NCBI GenBank assembly: GCA_965644315.1
Contig: CBFFRQ010000062.1
Span: 434,001 to 498,000, forward strand
Reading direction: 5' to 3'
DNA length: 64,000 nt
Source: Caecitellus pseudoparvulus
Lineage: Eukaryota > Protista > Bigyra: Bicosoecida
Positions 51,212 to 64,000 of this stretch are shown piece after piece. Below the pieces are notes generated by a model, which was given only the letters and a program-made list of their open reading frames with translations, was not told the DNA's origin and made no database searches. Both the position numbers and the translations under genes were made by a program. Positions within the stretch are counted from its first letter, which is position 1; every line of letters starts with the position of its first letter.

Positions 51212-52041
51212 TTACATCAGGATGCCGTTGAACTTCTTCTTGAACCACTCCATGCTCTCGTCCTTGGTGACCTTATGGTGCTTGCCGACGCGGCCACGGG
51301 CACGCTTGCGCTTGGAGACGCGGTCGCCAGCGCGCTTGAGCACGACGTAGACGTCCAGGCCGAAGATACCTGGAGAATGTACAGAGACGACGGGCGAGTG
51401 GCGCGTGTGTGGGACCTGGACATGTCGGGGGCAAGCACATACCGGTCTGGGGGTTGTAGGGGATGCCCATGTCGATGTGCTCGTCAATGCCGAAGCCGAA
51501 GTTGCCAGTCTCGGAGAAGTTCTCAGTCTTGAGCTCGTACTCCTTGACCTTCAGGCCACGCTCCAGGATGTCCAGCGCCTTCTGGCCACGCACAGTCACG
51601 TGGGCAGCGATCTTCTCGTTACGGCGGATGCCGAAGCCACGGACGGTGTACCGAGCAGCAGTCATGACTGGCTCCTGCTTGGTCAGGTCCTTCAGCATGC
51701 GGGTGGCGTGCGTCAGGCGATCGCCAGACTCGCCGACACTGCAGTTCAGCACCACCTTCTCGACGCGGATGGCGCGCATGTCCCCAGCGGGCTGCGAGGC
51801 GGGCGGGGCATGTCCGGTGCACGCGTATCGTCTGCGGAAATTGCACTACACCCTCAGCCAGCACAGGGCACCGCCCGGTCCGCTGGACGTCGCAGGGCCG
51901 CAAGCAATCACGCAGGTGGCATGCAGCACAGCGATGCCCAGCCAAAACAGAGCTACATGCGTGACGAGCTCTTGGATCCTGCTACCGGGCCTCAGCAAGG
52001 GCACTGCAGCTCACGGTACTCACGGCAGCAGCAGCAGCCAT
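51212..52041 (-). CDS. RPL11: 60S ribosomal protein L11 (uL5)
   Basis: Exons 52041-52024, 51791-51443 and 51369-51212. Motifs [30 protein letters not shown] and [18 protein letters not shown]. Confidence 0.97.
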
Positions 52042-52494
52042 TCTGAGACTCGCTGTGTGGGTTGAACAGCCAAACAACGAAACGTGCCGCGGTAAAAGCG
52101 TGCACTGTGTGGATGGTGCGGGAGGTATACTCAGAGCTCAAAAAGTGGAGCGTGGCTGGGCAAAGTGTGCACGGGGAGTGTTTCTTACGTTCCGCGAATG
52201 ATACGCTTTTGCGTTGCAGGCTGAACTCGAAAATGCATCATTCGCGTACTGCGAAAGTTATGCCCCAAGTCGGGCCTGCCCCTCCAGCACCTAGGAGGGC
52301 CGCCCTTGCGCACTTTCCACCACAACCAAAGCCGTTCACAGTCACCTTGATTTTGTGTAGTGTACTCACGTTGCACGCACACCTTGCTGCCTTCCAGCAA
52401 GCTCAGCCGTGTCTGCAGGAATCAACTTCCGCAGCACTCCCCTGTGTCAACTGCTTCGTGGTCCGCCACCCAGTAGCCCTCACCACAGTTCATC
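52042..52494. promoter_or_regulatory. Putative bidirectional promoter between RPL11 and RPL32, with a central inverted motif
   Basis: Divergent start codons about 450 nt apart. CGCGAATGAT (52193-52202) is followed by its reverse complement ATCATTCGCG (52237-52246). Confidence 0.55.
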
Positions 52495-53179
52495 ATGGCC
52501 AAGCCCACTGCTCTGACCCTGAAGAAGCGCAGCGTGAAGCGCACCTCCCGCTTCCCTCGCTGGCAGGCGCACCAGTTCAAGCGTGTCAAGGTGGGTTCTA
52601 TTTCCGCTTGGCACCGTCCTTGCTTGGAGCGCCCTGCTGCTGTCAGGCTCGTGTGGCAGTCCGCTATGCGAGGCATGCCGATAGATTCAGCTAGCTCTCC
52701 TGGCACTTGGCCGCTGCGTCGGTGTCTGTGACGCCCTCAGGTCTGCTACGCCTTCTCGCCTGGCCTCGGTGCTGTGCCCAAGCACGCAGTCCGCCGTGCT
52801 GTACTCGAACGCCTACGGCTACCACGCTGTATCGCACAAGCACGCACCCTTGTCACCTGTGCAGGACTCCTGGCGCGCACCCCGCGGTATTGACGGCCGC
52901 TTCCGCCGCAAGTTCAAGGGCACTGGTCCCCACGTGAACATTGGCTACGGTACCGACGCCCGCGTCAAGCACGTGCTGCCCAACGGCTTCAAGAAGTTCC
53001 GCGTCTTCAACGCTGCCGACGTCGACCTCCTCCTCATGCACAACCGCAAGTACGCTGTGGAGATCGCCACCAAGGTGTCCGCCCTGAACCGTGAGGCCAT
53101 CCTGGAGCGTGCCGCCCAGCTGTGCGTGCGCGTCATCAACGGCAACTCCAAGAAGCACGAGAAGCAGGAGTCTGAGTAA
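52495..53179 (+). CDS. RPL32: 60S ribosomal protein L32 (eL32)
   Basis: Exons 52495-52590 and 52865-53179. Motifs SWRAPRGIDGRFRRKFKG, NIGYG, HVLPNGFKKFRVFN and LLMHNRKYAVEIA. Confidence 0.97.
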
Positions 53180-53609
53180 GCCCCGACTTCTCTCGGAGCA
53201 GTTGTTTCGTGCTGGGTGCCACATCGGTGTGCACCCTCGCGTGTTGGTGGGGTGGGTGTTGCAGTGTGTGTTTGGCATGGTGCTGGAGGGTCACGCGCAG
53301 CAGGGTCTGACAGTGCCCATGTTCTTCAAATGCACTCTGTGAACGCTTGGACACGTTTTGCCCAGCACCACAGCTGAGCACTACCCGGCAGGTTTGGCCG
53401 AGGGGCCCCCAGCATTGCACGTGCTGCCCAACACCTTCCCCGATCCAATTTGAACCCACTTGCACCCTTCTTGGGAGTTTCCTTCTTCCTTGTATGGCGC
53501 AGTTCGTGGGCTGCGTTGGCCCCTGAGGGCCAGAGTCACTAGCCGGCGTTTCGGGCGTTTTTGCATCCCGTCACCCAACAAAGGGCCTGCAGCCTGCACG
53601 CAAGCAAGC

Positions 53610-56600
53610 ATGGCATCTGACGCGCCCCATGCGGCTAAGGATGCAGTTTGGTGCATGGGACATCTCTGGGGCCCTTCGCAACCTGACCAATGCACGGCAC
53701 CGCTTGCCGATACGGTGAGAGCTGCGCGGCAAGCCCGCGCCACGCCTTTGCATGTGCCACACCTGCCGTCTCTGCTCGCATGCTGCAGGTCCTCTTTGAC
53801 AGGTCTGGCATGCCGGCTTCTTGGCTGCACACGGGGAAGGAAGGGGGCGTCATGCCTCGCAAGCCTCCCACAGCCAGTGCGGTGATTGAAACGTTCAAGC
53901 GGCAGAGCCTTGCCCACGCCAACAACGTGAACAAATTCTGTGCTGTCGTGTACTACAAAGATGGTAGTCACCGAACGCTGGACGTCGCTGCTTTTGACAC
54001 ATTCATGTCGAACTTCTCTTCCGGAGTTAAGGACTGCCTGGCGCTGCAGGTAAGGCGAGCGCACACGACGCTTGCGCAAGCTATCGTGGCAAAGTGCCTC
54101 AGAAGCTCATACAGGGGGGAGAGGAAATAAACACTTTCCAGACAGTGTGCTTTGCTCAGCGGCATGGTCACCCCGCCCCACCGCTTCCTGCACAGTGCTA
54201 CGTCCATGCCCGAGGCGGGGACGGCTCGATGTATCGCAACGAGTTTGCAGTGCGAGACCCCGCGAACGAGGAGGGGGTCAGTTCAACCTGGCGCTTTGCT
54301 CGTTTCTTCCTTAATGCGCCGCCATCTGAGGTGTCAGACGCTGTGGTGCGATCCCAAAATGACGGCATCAACCGCTTGCTTCAGCGAGCAGCTGATGAGG
54401 TTCGGCGGCACCTGGAGAGCGTGACGAGCGTCCGCATCGTGAGGCTCATGTGCGACTTTGTCCTGGACGAACAAGATCAGCCTCAACTTTTGTGGGTGCA
54501 TGATGCCTTGGTTGTGCCTCGGCAGCCACAGGCAGCCTATGGCAGCAGCACGGCAGGGGCGCACGTGCCGCCCGATGGGCGACAAGAGCGACATGAGGTT
54601 CCTCTCGATCACCCGTCCCTAACCATGGGCGAGACAACATTCGCAGACCGCAGACAGAGGGCACTGGAGGAGCAGAAGCTGGCTGATGACGTCTTTGCAT
54701 CGTTCGACGAGCTGGCGGGTGGCGGCTTGGTGGGGGACGGTTGGAGAGGCAAGGTTTGCATTTGTGACAGCGACGCACAAGCTGCCGTGACCGCCGTGCG
54801 AGCCTTGACAGCGCAGGGCTTTGCCGTGCAGGTCGTGGCCGATGGGCCCAAAGCCCTGAAGGTGACAAGGGATGGCCAGTTCGACGCCATGCTGTTGGCA
54901 CGAGACCTCCCCTCTGTGAGTGGGGTGGAAGTCACCCGAATCTTGCGCCAGCGCGAAGGCGCACTGGCCCACACTGCACCAGGCACGCTGCAGCAGCGGC
55001 TGCCCATCATCGCGTTCACAGAGCACACCACCGCGGAAGACCTGCGGGTGTACATGGAGGTTGGCATGGATGGCTGCATTTGCAAGCCTTTGGAGGTTGG
55101 CTCGTTGCTGAACACGGTTGCCGCGGCAATCCCTATGCCTGCAGGGGGGCCGCCGAGTCACTGGCAGGAGCAGCAGCACGGACCGCACGAAGGGGCGACG
55201 CACGATGAAGGCGGGGCCAGTCAGCAGCTTTCACTGGCCAGTTCGAGCATGGCGGGCGGCCCCTATGCCATGCCGCAGCAGCTGCTAGAGCCGGCCTCCA
55301 CCCCGGGGCCAGGCACAAGCGGCCGCAGGAGATCAAGCAAGGGCAAGCGAGGCACGTCAAGGAAGGCTGCCGTATCTCAAGGACCTCCGCTCATGACATC
55401 AGCGTCGGCTGACGCACCTGTCGCAGAACAGGATGACGTGGTATCAGGGGTGTTCCAGATGGACGCGGAGACTGCGGTGCCGTACACAATCCTGGGGCAG
55501 AGCATGGAAGGGGCACCTCTCTTTCATTTTGTTGTGTGCCAAGACATCTTCGAGACCTGCGAGGTGTGGCAGATCTTCTTCCGCAAAGTTGTGTCGAAGT
55601 ACCCCGGTCTACGGGTGCTGTTGTTCAACTTCCCCGGTCAGGCTTTCACAGAGTGGCGCAGGGATGCGACTCTCAACAATGAGTACCAAGCCGGCGTCCT
55701 GGAAGCCCTGCTGGGGTACCTGTCCAGGCACGGCAATGGTGAGTTTGCACTGGAGGATGGCCAGGCCCCTTTCTATGTGCTGGGCGTCGGGAACGGCGGC
55801 TGCATTGCGTCGTACTTTGCCGCCACATACATGGGCAGGCATCCCAACTTGAGGGGGCTGGTGCTGCTGAATGGGCACTTGCACCTGGACGCTCACCTGG
55901 CCGGCGTGTATCATGACTGCATGAACGTCTTCGCCTGCACGCCAGCATCCCGCCCAGACTTGCCTGTGTACTTCTTCTCGCGGTACCTTTTCTCGCCGAC
56001 GTACCTAAGCAAGGTCGGCGCCCCCCTGGCACTGAACTTGTACACGGCTGTGCACAACCCCATCACGCTGGAGGGTCGCATTCAGCTCTGTCAAGGAGCT
56101 CTGTCCCATGTCGATGTACGGGATTCCCTGGAGCACCTCTCATTGCCTGTCATTGCCGTGGCTTCTTCCAAAGACGGCTTTGTGAAGCCGCTGCACGCAC
56201 AGGCGATGGTCAATTGTCGCGGCGGGGAGGAGCGCTCGATCAAGCGTGTGCTCAGCACTCGCAGGCGTGTCTGCGTCATTTGGTTGCGTGCTGGCCATGA
56301 ACTCCTGCAAGAAGCCCGAAGGCCTCTGTCCAACCTCATGGAGCAGCTTGCAACCGGCTACCACGAACGAAACGACGTTGCGTTCTTGCCCCTGGCGCCT
56401 GATGAACCGACCATCTCTGGAGGCAAGCGTGGGTACGGACCGCCATCACAAGCTGCCAAACAGGCGGCCCGAGCCCGGCAGCGAGCAGCTGGTATGACTG
56501 ATGCGTTGGGCGACCCGCAGCATGCTGACGGCGGCCACTACGCCGTTGGGGGTGCTGGGGCGGGCTTGGCCCCAGGCCAGCCAACGGATCAAGCCCAGCT

Positions 56601-59454
56601 GTACGAAGATAAGTACTTGGGAGACATGGTCACAACCCTACGAGAGGCCCAAGGCAGGGGCGCCTCTGGCTCTGAAGGGAAGAGCAGCGAAGGAAAGGCG
56701 GCTCCTTCCTCCACGTTCACCGGGGCCGGCCAGGGGGCAGCGGGTGAGGCAGGGCTGGTGGAGGCACAGCTGCAGACTACTTCATACCCCGCATCTCTTC
56801 ACGAGGCCCCAGTGGTGCCCCCTGAGCTGCAGCAGTGGCAGGCTGCAGTCGCTCGTGGAGAGAAGCCCACCTTGCCCGTGCCCCGCGAGCCATACACTGG
56901 CCTGGGGTACACGACGGGGGCCGCTGCTGGTAAGGGCCGCCGGAAGCGAGGAGGGCTTCGTCGAGCTGCTGAGAAACGAGAAGAAATGCGTCGCATGAAC
57001 ATTGACATGAACCTCGACCCAGAGGCTGCAATGTTTGAGAGGCGAGAGGCTGAGGACCAGGGCGCCGCCGCGACGGCCGTGCACCCGGAAGTTCGTGAGT
57101 ACATGGCCTGGCGCCTGAAGCGCAACAAGAAGCGCTTTACCCGCATCGTGGAACAAGTGAAGAAGATCCAGCGATGCTGGCGCAGCTACCTCACCCGCAC
57201 CCTGGTGGCACGCATGCGGCAGCAGCGGGCGGCGCTGAACATGCAGCGCTGGTGGCGGGGGTGCATGGGCAGGGCGCTTGTCGCAGTGAAGCGCCGCGAG
57301 CACTGGGCAGCCCACGTCGTGCAGCGGTACTGGCGGGGGTATGCTGGGCGTGGCCTTGCCTGGCGCATGCAGCTGGAGGAGCGCAGCGCGCGCTTGGTGC
57401 AAAAGACGTGGCGGGGCTGGCGTGCGCGGCGCTTTGTGAACCTGCTCAAACATGCCCGCCGGGATGCTGCCGTGAAGATTCAGTCCATGTTCCGGCAGCG
57501 CATGGCCATGCGGCATGCTTGGCGGTTGCGAGATTCCCACAACGCGGCCATGAACATTCAGCGTTGCTGGAGGGGGCGCCTGGGGCGGGCGCGAGCTCGC
57601 CGCGAACGTGAGAAGTACCTTTTCTCCAAGTCACAGAGCCAGAGCATCGAGTTCGGCCGGCAGATGCTCATGGAACACAAGCTCCATGCAACCAAGCTGC
57701 AGTCAGAGGTATCCATCCTGACCAAGGAGAAGATTGAGACGGAGGAGGCGGTGGAGACGCTGCTGACAGAAATTGCCACGTTTGAAGCAGGTGTGCGTGC
57801 ACTGGAGAAGGAAATGATTGACCTGTCGCGGGCAGAGGCGGAAGCAGCTGGCACCCTTGACGACGAAGCCAAGCTGGAGTTGAGAGAGAACAAGATGCGC
57901 CTGGACCGTGAGTTCGGCGCGATGCTTGTCAAGATCGCAGACCGGCGGGAGAAGCTGCAGGGGCTGGAGAAAAAGCTGCAACGCATTGACGCGACGCGGG
58001 AGGCGAAGCGGGAGGAGCTGCAGGACCTTGAACGCAAGCTTGTGGTCTTGCTGGAAGAGCAGCAGCGCGAGCTGAAGGCCATCAAGGTTCGCCAGACGCA
58101 GAAGGGCGAGCGTCTGGTGGAGGATGCCGTGAAAGCAGTCAAAGAGACGCTGGCCAGCGGAGGCAAGACCCCCTTTGCGCTGACCGCCTCGGGGGACAGC
58201 GGGGGGGCGGGGGGCAGCGACGCCACACTGGATCTCTCAGCCCTCGGTGGAGGGGGGCCGACACCTCAGCAGCGTGCGGAAGCAAATGCGCTCATGTCCA
58301 GCACAGAGACCATGATGAAGTTCGGCTTCATGTCCATGAGTCTCACGTACTTTTCCTCCCTGAACATGATCCGGGCGATGAGGCAGGTGGGGACAGCAAA
58401 CACAGTGCTGGCCAACCCCATGCTTGCGGGCGGAAGCATGGACGCCATGAACAAGGCATTGGTGGGCCAAGGTGCCTTGCCGGGCATGCCAGGCGCGGGG
58501 ACGGCGGCGACGTTCCAGCCCGCTTTGAAGCCGGGGCAAGTTGCGGGGCAGGAGGCGGTGGATGTCGCACTGTGGACAGTGGGCGACGTGGCCAACTGGC
58601 TTGACACGCTCACCCTTGGGCAGTACAAGGACGCCTTTGCCGATGCAGCTGTTGATGGCGCGTTCTTGTTCGACTTGACTGATGATGACTTGCGGGCCAC
58701 ACTGGGCATTGAGCACGCACTGCACCGAAAGAAGATCCTCCGGGCCATCGAGCGACTGCGGGCCAAGGAACGGGAGGCCAAAGCTGCGAGCGAGATGGCT
58801 TCCATGTCCTCCCAGTCAGGCACCATGGGCGGCGCGAGCACAGTGCTGGGCGGCGGCGGACTGGGGGCCATGTCCACCCTTGGCCCCTCTGCCTCTGTGG
58901 CCCCTGGCCGCACGGGAGGGGGTGCCTCAACCTACACTGGGGGCGGCCTCCCAGATGGCACAGTCATCTCTGGCATGGCAGGGGATGCATCGACAGTGGC
59001 CGGGGCAGGCACAGGTCTGAGCTTCGAGGACATGATGCAGTGGATATCCTTCGGGAAGGCCAAGAAGGTGGCCAACGCATTAAAAACTCTCCCTGAACAG
59101 CGCTTCGAGGTAGCCACCTTGCAAGCACAATTCGTGGAGGGCTTTGGCACGCAGTACAGCGACCATTTGAGCGGCGTGGACTTTCACATCAACATGGCGG
59201 ACGAGCACGGCAACACGCTACTGCTCAAGGCCGCCCAAAGTGGCCAAGGGCACCTTGCCAAGCTGCTTGTACAACATGGCGCTTACATCAACCACCAGAA
59301 CGCGCGTGGCAACACAGCTCTGCACTTTGCGCTCATGTACAAGGACACCGACCTGGCAGTGTGGCTGGCGGACCCAGCGAAGGGCGGCATTGATGACACG
59401 CTCATGAACTCGGATGGCCTCACTGCATACGATGGGTTGTCAGCAGACGACTAA
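53610..59454 (+). CDS. Large multidomain signalling protein: pseudo-receiver, pseudo-alpha/beta-hydrolase, IQ repeats, coiled coil, SAM, ankyrin
   Basis: ATG 53610 plus two likely 5' introns lead into ORF 54094-59454. REC domain (LPIIAFT..GMDGCICKPL), hydrolase fold (NFPGQ, GVGNGG, AGHE), six IQ-like motifs, SAM (WTVGDVANWL...LGIEHALHRKKIL) and ankyrin (GNTLLLKAA, GNTALHFA). Confidence 0.85.
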
Positions 59455-59510
59455 GGGGCAGGTCAGGTGTCCGTCACTCCGGCGCTTGAATGCATTCAAG
59501 GGTCAGTACG

Positions 59511-60649
59511 CTACTGCAGGTTGCCGCTGTACGCATAGTCCTCAGCCCCGGCGGGGGTCTGGTTGCGCTGGGTGAGGAACCACCAAATGGCCACACCCAG
59601 GCCCCCCAGCGCCAGACCACCGAAAAAGCCGCCAGCAATGCCCCCTGCTGGGCTGGGCACTGTCACTGGCTTGCAGCCGTTGTCGGAGATGTAGCCGTCG
59701 TTGCAGAAGCAGCGTGCCTGGACAGCGTCAGTGTCGTAGCGGCACACACCCCGACCACCGCACACCTTGCCGTCGTACACAGGGCACTGGGTCGGGCAGC
59801 CAGACTGCGAGAAAGAGTAGGCCTCATACACGCAGGGTGAGGTCTCGCGAACGAACTCCTCGTGAGGCAGGGGGCCAGGAGAGGGGAAGGTCATGGTGGG
59901 CTCGCACATGAAGGCAAGCGTGAAGGAGCGGGAGAAAGACTCCCCGTTCTCTGAGCAGAAGTCCTTCTGGCCGCCCCAGTACCTCAAGTTGAAACCGGCT
60001 GCAGGGCGCCTGGGGTCGTGGATGCTCAGGGCCTGCTGACTCACGCGGCCGGACAGGTCGCCTCCCAGTGCGTAGCAGCTGTCCGTGTTGCGGTCATGCT
60101 GCCATGCAGGTGCGTTCAAGTTGGCATTGCATGATTGTGAAGGCTGCGGGGGAGGAGCCGGGCGTGAGACGCTGCGCAGGTCGACATGGGCGGCAGAGCC
60201 CCGCCTCACCTTGGAGAACGTGTTCTGGCAGAGGTTGAACTGGAACGTGAAGTTGCGCGCATCCATGCTGCGCTCGTCGTCCCAGATGAAACTGCACGGG
60301 AGCAGGCGCAGCGAGAGCAGGTGGAGGGCAGTGCACCGTGTTGGCTGCGGAATTTCATCCAGCCAGCCTGCACCAGGAAGCGTTGCACGGCAGCACACAG
60401 CAGCAAAACGCACTCAGCACCACTGTCAGCTGACGGAATCAGGTTCGTGATGTCATAGGAGAGGGATCCATCCGGAAATTCTTGGGGGGAATACTTGCAC
60501 TGGCTGGTGTGAGAGGCTGCCAGTGCGGCACTGCACCAGGAGAGCAAGCACAGCCCATGGATGTGTCAGCGCGAGTCAGGGCGACGGGCATGCACGCAGG
60601 CAACGCACGTCATTGCGCCCAGGGCCAAGGTCGCTGCGAGCGTCCTCAT
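59511..60649 (-). CDS. Type I membrane protein with MRH (mannose-6-phosphate receptor homology) and EGF-like domains
   Basis: Spliced signal peptide MRTLAATLALGAMTAALAA; MRH-like YDITNL, FQFNLCQN, CYALG, FNLRYWGG and CVYE...SGCP; EGF-like CGGRGVC..CFCNDGY; one TM helix and a Tyr-containing tail. Confidence 0.75.
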
Positions 60650-61819
60650 CGTGGTCGGCTGGCGTGGGAGCCTTGCGTGGGTTTGACCTGGCGTGGTGGA
60701 GGGGAGGCCTGAAGCTCACCCCGTCTTTTCGCGGAGCTGCTGCACAGGCAGCGCCGGCCAGTGTCGATAGAAGCACAGGGGCAGGAATGTGAAGACCATA
60801 TGCTTGAAATCACTGAAGTTTGAGTGGCCGCAGCTTCTGCCCAGCCAGGCGCCCGCTCCGCACCCACTTCAGACACAGCTCGATGGCGAAACGCCTCTCT
60901 TGCGAGTCGCCGTGAGCGAAAGACACATGTAACGCAGTATCAGGGTGGCAGCATACGCTGTTTGGTGGTGGATTTGGTGTGCCTCATGTTATCTTATCAC
61001 CCAGAACTGAGTGGCAGTGCTGTGGAGGCCACACGACGCGGCTGCTGACTTGGCCTGCAGCAGCCGCAGAAGTAGCTGAGGCGCACTTGGAAAAGACTGC
61101 TCTTGGAGTCGCGATTCAAGCCTCAGAAGCTTGTTCAAGTTCGCTCGTGGGCGTTTTGCGAGAGCTCAGTCTGGCTGCCCGAGAAAGTGCAGGTCACTGA
61201 CCTCACCGACCTTGCATGTTTGCCAGACCCGTCCAGCGCGAGGATGCATGCCCTTCGCTCCATCTCAGGTTTTAGGAAAGGGGCGATTCAACGATTCACC
61301 ACATTCCCCACAGCGTCCTCTGCGCCCAGCCCAGTGCGTGGCCAGCGATGAGGCTCCAGCCAGAGGAGGCAACTCGTTCAAAGTTGGACATGCAGTTGGA
61401 CACCACGCAGCCAGCTCACGAGCAGGAACAACTTAGCTGTTCACAGATCTGTCTATTATAGCTGTGAACGCAGGGGGCGGGCTGGCAGCCCTCGAAGCAC
61501 GCGCAGCGTCTGACAGCAGCCAGACGGAACGAAGCCGCTCCTTTCCGAGGGTTGCCAGGCAGACCCCGCAAACACTTGCGGTGGGAAAAAATAACCCAAC
61601 GTAGGACTCTTTTCGTGTGCAGAACACTCAAATTACCACAGCAATGCACCCTGCGCTGCTTGCTGCCCACAGAAGCACGTGTTCGGGCGGACGCACGGCT
61701 CGAAAGCTTCGACGAGCCGCCTGCCTCGGCGGAAGCTGGGCGTGACCCTTGGGGCACACACTCTTCATGCGAGCACTCCAGCAGCCAAGGTGGTTCGAAC
61801 CAAGCGCAAAGTGCTTGTC

Positions 61820-64000
61820 ATGAGCACCCTCTCAAGCCTTCACTCCCTTGCGGCTCCGTGGAAGCTTGCGCTGCTCGTTCTCCGTCTGCCGCCAGTGCCT
61901 CGGGGCACACAATCGGTTGCTCTCGGTGTCAGAGCGCTGCAGGTGGCCTCTGCCGCAGCATACTGCGCGGGGCTTGCGTCGGCTGGAAACAGCAGGGGTT
62001 TAGCCATCCTTGCCCGCATCACCCTCCCGATCGTCTCGGGGCGCCTAGACGTCGACGCCTCCCCGCTGACTTTCTACTTGGCGTGGCTGTCATCGGTCGC
62101 TGGGACGCTGCTAGGCGCTGTGTGCTTGCTTTGGGCTGTGTGCTCCGACGCAAGCTTCCAGAGTCAGTGAGTGGCAAGCGACGATGCATTTCACGTGCAC
62201 GATGCCTGGCGTGCCGATGGCACTTCTCCAAAGTTGTTCCCATACACGACCGCGCCCACCACTTTGCAGGGGCCGGTTTCATTCTCACAGCACTCTAGCA
62301 ACGGCGCGACGTGGCCGCGCTTCGACTCAGCGGCAATCAAGAACCAAGGAAAAACTTTCGATTGCTCTGTTTGTGTTCCTGTGGGTCTTCTCTATCCCCA
62401 TGCTCGTCACGCTGAGCCGCATGCTGGCTTGCTTCCCCGCCCTGGACCCAGCGGTCCGGGCTCCTCACCTCATCCAGCGATGGGGCACCGCCACCAACGC
62501 CATCTGGGGCAAGCCGGGAGCGCTGCTGCGGAGCACGGTGTTGCCACTGAGCACGCCCCTTGAGCACGGCGTGAGCATGGTGCCGGCGATGTTCGGGGGC
62601 GTGGAGGCGTGCTACACGGGCTGGCACCTGGTGCATGCAGGGGTGTCAATGGCATGCCTTGGCCTGGTGAATGGCCTCTGCGTGCTTGGTCGTCTCATGA
62701 TGGCTTTCCCTGACCCGACACTGCTGGGCAGCCGGTCTTTTGCGGAGGAAAACTTGACGGCCTCCCTCGGCGTACGGTGGGCTGTGCTTCTGGACATCGG
62801 CCTTGTCTTCAACACAGCACTGGCGCTAACTGTCATTGCGGAATTCTTCCCATCATGGGCTCTAGGGTCCCTCCTCCCTTTGATTGGCGTGCTGTACCCT
62901 GCGTGGACGCTCCACAGGCAGGTGCATGTGAACCCTCGACAGTTCAGAATCTGGTCTGCCGTTTGCTCAGCCATGGTGACGACTGGCCTCTGCAGCATGT
63001 TCATCGCAGGGGGCAGCACGGTGGACTACTTTGCCTTCGTGTCAGTTCTAGGGCTGGCCACCATCATCGTCGGTGCGGCGTCTGTTGACAGCTTCAGGCA
63101 GCGGGTGCTGGCCAAATCCCACGTGCAACTGTCAGTGCACGCACAGCTGTTCGTAGCAACTCTGCACGAGTCCAGGCGCTTCAGTAAGCGCCTTGCACGA
63201 GACCTCTTTGGGCGAGACACTGCGACAGTGGAAGTGTCCCGTGCACTGGCCCTGGCAGCTGGATGTGGCCCACAAGTGTGGAGTTCCGCTGACATGGCCC
63301 AGCTTCGATCTGCAGCCCACATTGCCCGCCTGCGGACTGCCCTCGCCGACAACCCCGCTCACGCCATCATCGCCCGCATGCGCCGCCTGCACCCCGACTC
63401 TGCCACCGCCGCCATGTACGAAGCCATGTGGCGCGGCAGTCCCTGGAGCGGGCACGGCGTGGGCGGCGAGGTGGCGGCCCTGCGACGCCTGTGGGCGCTC
63501 ACGCCTGCCCCCGACTTCCGCGTGTACATCTTGCACCGCCTGCAGTGTCTGTGGCGCCTGGAGAGCGCCGCCATGCTGGGGCTGGTGCGCCGGGCTGAGG
63601 TGCAGGGGCGCATGACGCTGGGTGGCTTAGTTGCGGCGGCTGGGCGACTGCGTGTGGCTGTGCAGGATGCGCAGGGAGGGGCGGGAGCAGGCAAGGGCCG
63701 GCGCGTGAGCGGCAGCGAGGCGTGGGAGCACAGCGCCGCATCGGCACACTGGGTGATGCGCGAGGTGCGCAGTGTGGTGGCAGCAGCTGGTGCTCGGTAC
63801 GAGTACTTGCGCAGCGTGGGGGGCATGCCTGGGCAGACGCGCCGGCAGTTCGAAGTGGCAGCGGTGGAAGGCGCGGTGGCTGGGCGCGAGGTGGGTGCTG
63901 GCGAGGCAGGGGGTATGGGCGCTGTGGTGAAGGGTGGTGGTGGGTCGGGTGTCGTGCGGGGTGCGTCCGGTGCGCTGGGTGGGTGGGTGCAGTTTGTGGG
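61820..64000 (+). CDS. Hypothetical polytopic membrane protein, spliced, runs off the window
   Basis: Several hydrophobic segments (e.g. FYLAWLSSVAGTLLGAVCLLWAV, LLIGVLYPAWT) and a long open frame toward the window end. Exon structure unresolved. Confidence 0.5.

Noticed and set aside
51792-52864. Possible snoRNAs in the longer RPL11 and RPL32 introns
   Set aside because: I found no convincing C/D box pair with an rRNA guide; H/ACA RNAs cannot be judged by eye.
26490-60209. Several stop-free introns of length 3n (69, 84, 66, 93 and 66 nt)
   Set aside because: Other introns are 71, 85, 83, 73, 232 and 274 nt. The 3n fraction is near chance, and high GC makes stop codons rare.
60700-61800. 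Possible small gene between the MRH receptor and the membrane protein
   Set aside because: Only short ORFs without recognisable motifs; no supportable exon structure.

Overview
Gene-dense, GC-rich eukaryotic DNA with short GT-AG introns. Axonemal dynein IC (DNAI1-like) and RPGRIP1L point to a flagellated, probably unicellular eukaryote; finer taxonomy cannot be established from this window. Other genes include PSMD3/Rpn3, AAGAB, a head-to-head RPL11/RPL32 pair, a JmjC oxygenase, a UEV-PP2C fusion, an MRH-domain receptor and a large pseudo-receiver/pseudo-hydrolase/IQ/SAM/ankyrin protein. The standout is a pair of giant RNF213 (mysterin)-like AAA+ genes on the minus strand, each a single uninterrupted ORF. 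Copy A (~5,850 aa) has a Parkin-type Rcat/RING2-like Cys motif where RNF213 has its RING/RZ ligase module, followed by three putative beta-grasp units. Copy B (3,969 aa) has 1,909 codons, including that putative E3 module, replaced in frame by 18 codons, and the two copies are a mosaic of near-identical and diverged blocks. This looks like a candidate protist cell-autonomous immunity system with an armed ligase and a ligase-less partner (inference). A second unannotated feature is a cluster of four box C/D snoRNAs inside a putative intron that starts 4 nt after the PSMD3 stop codon.
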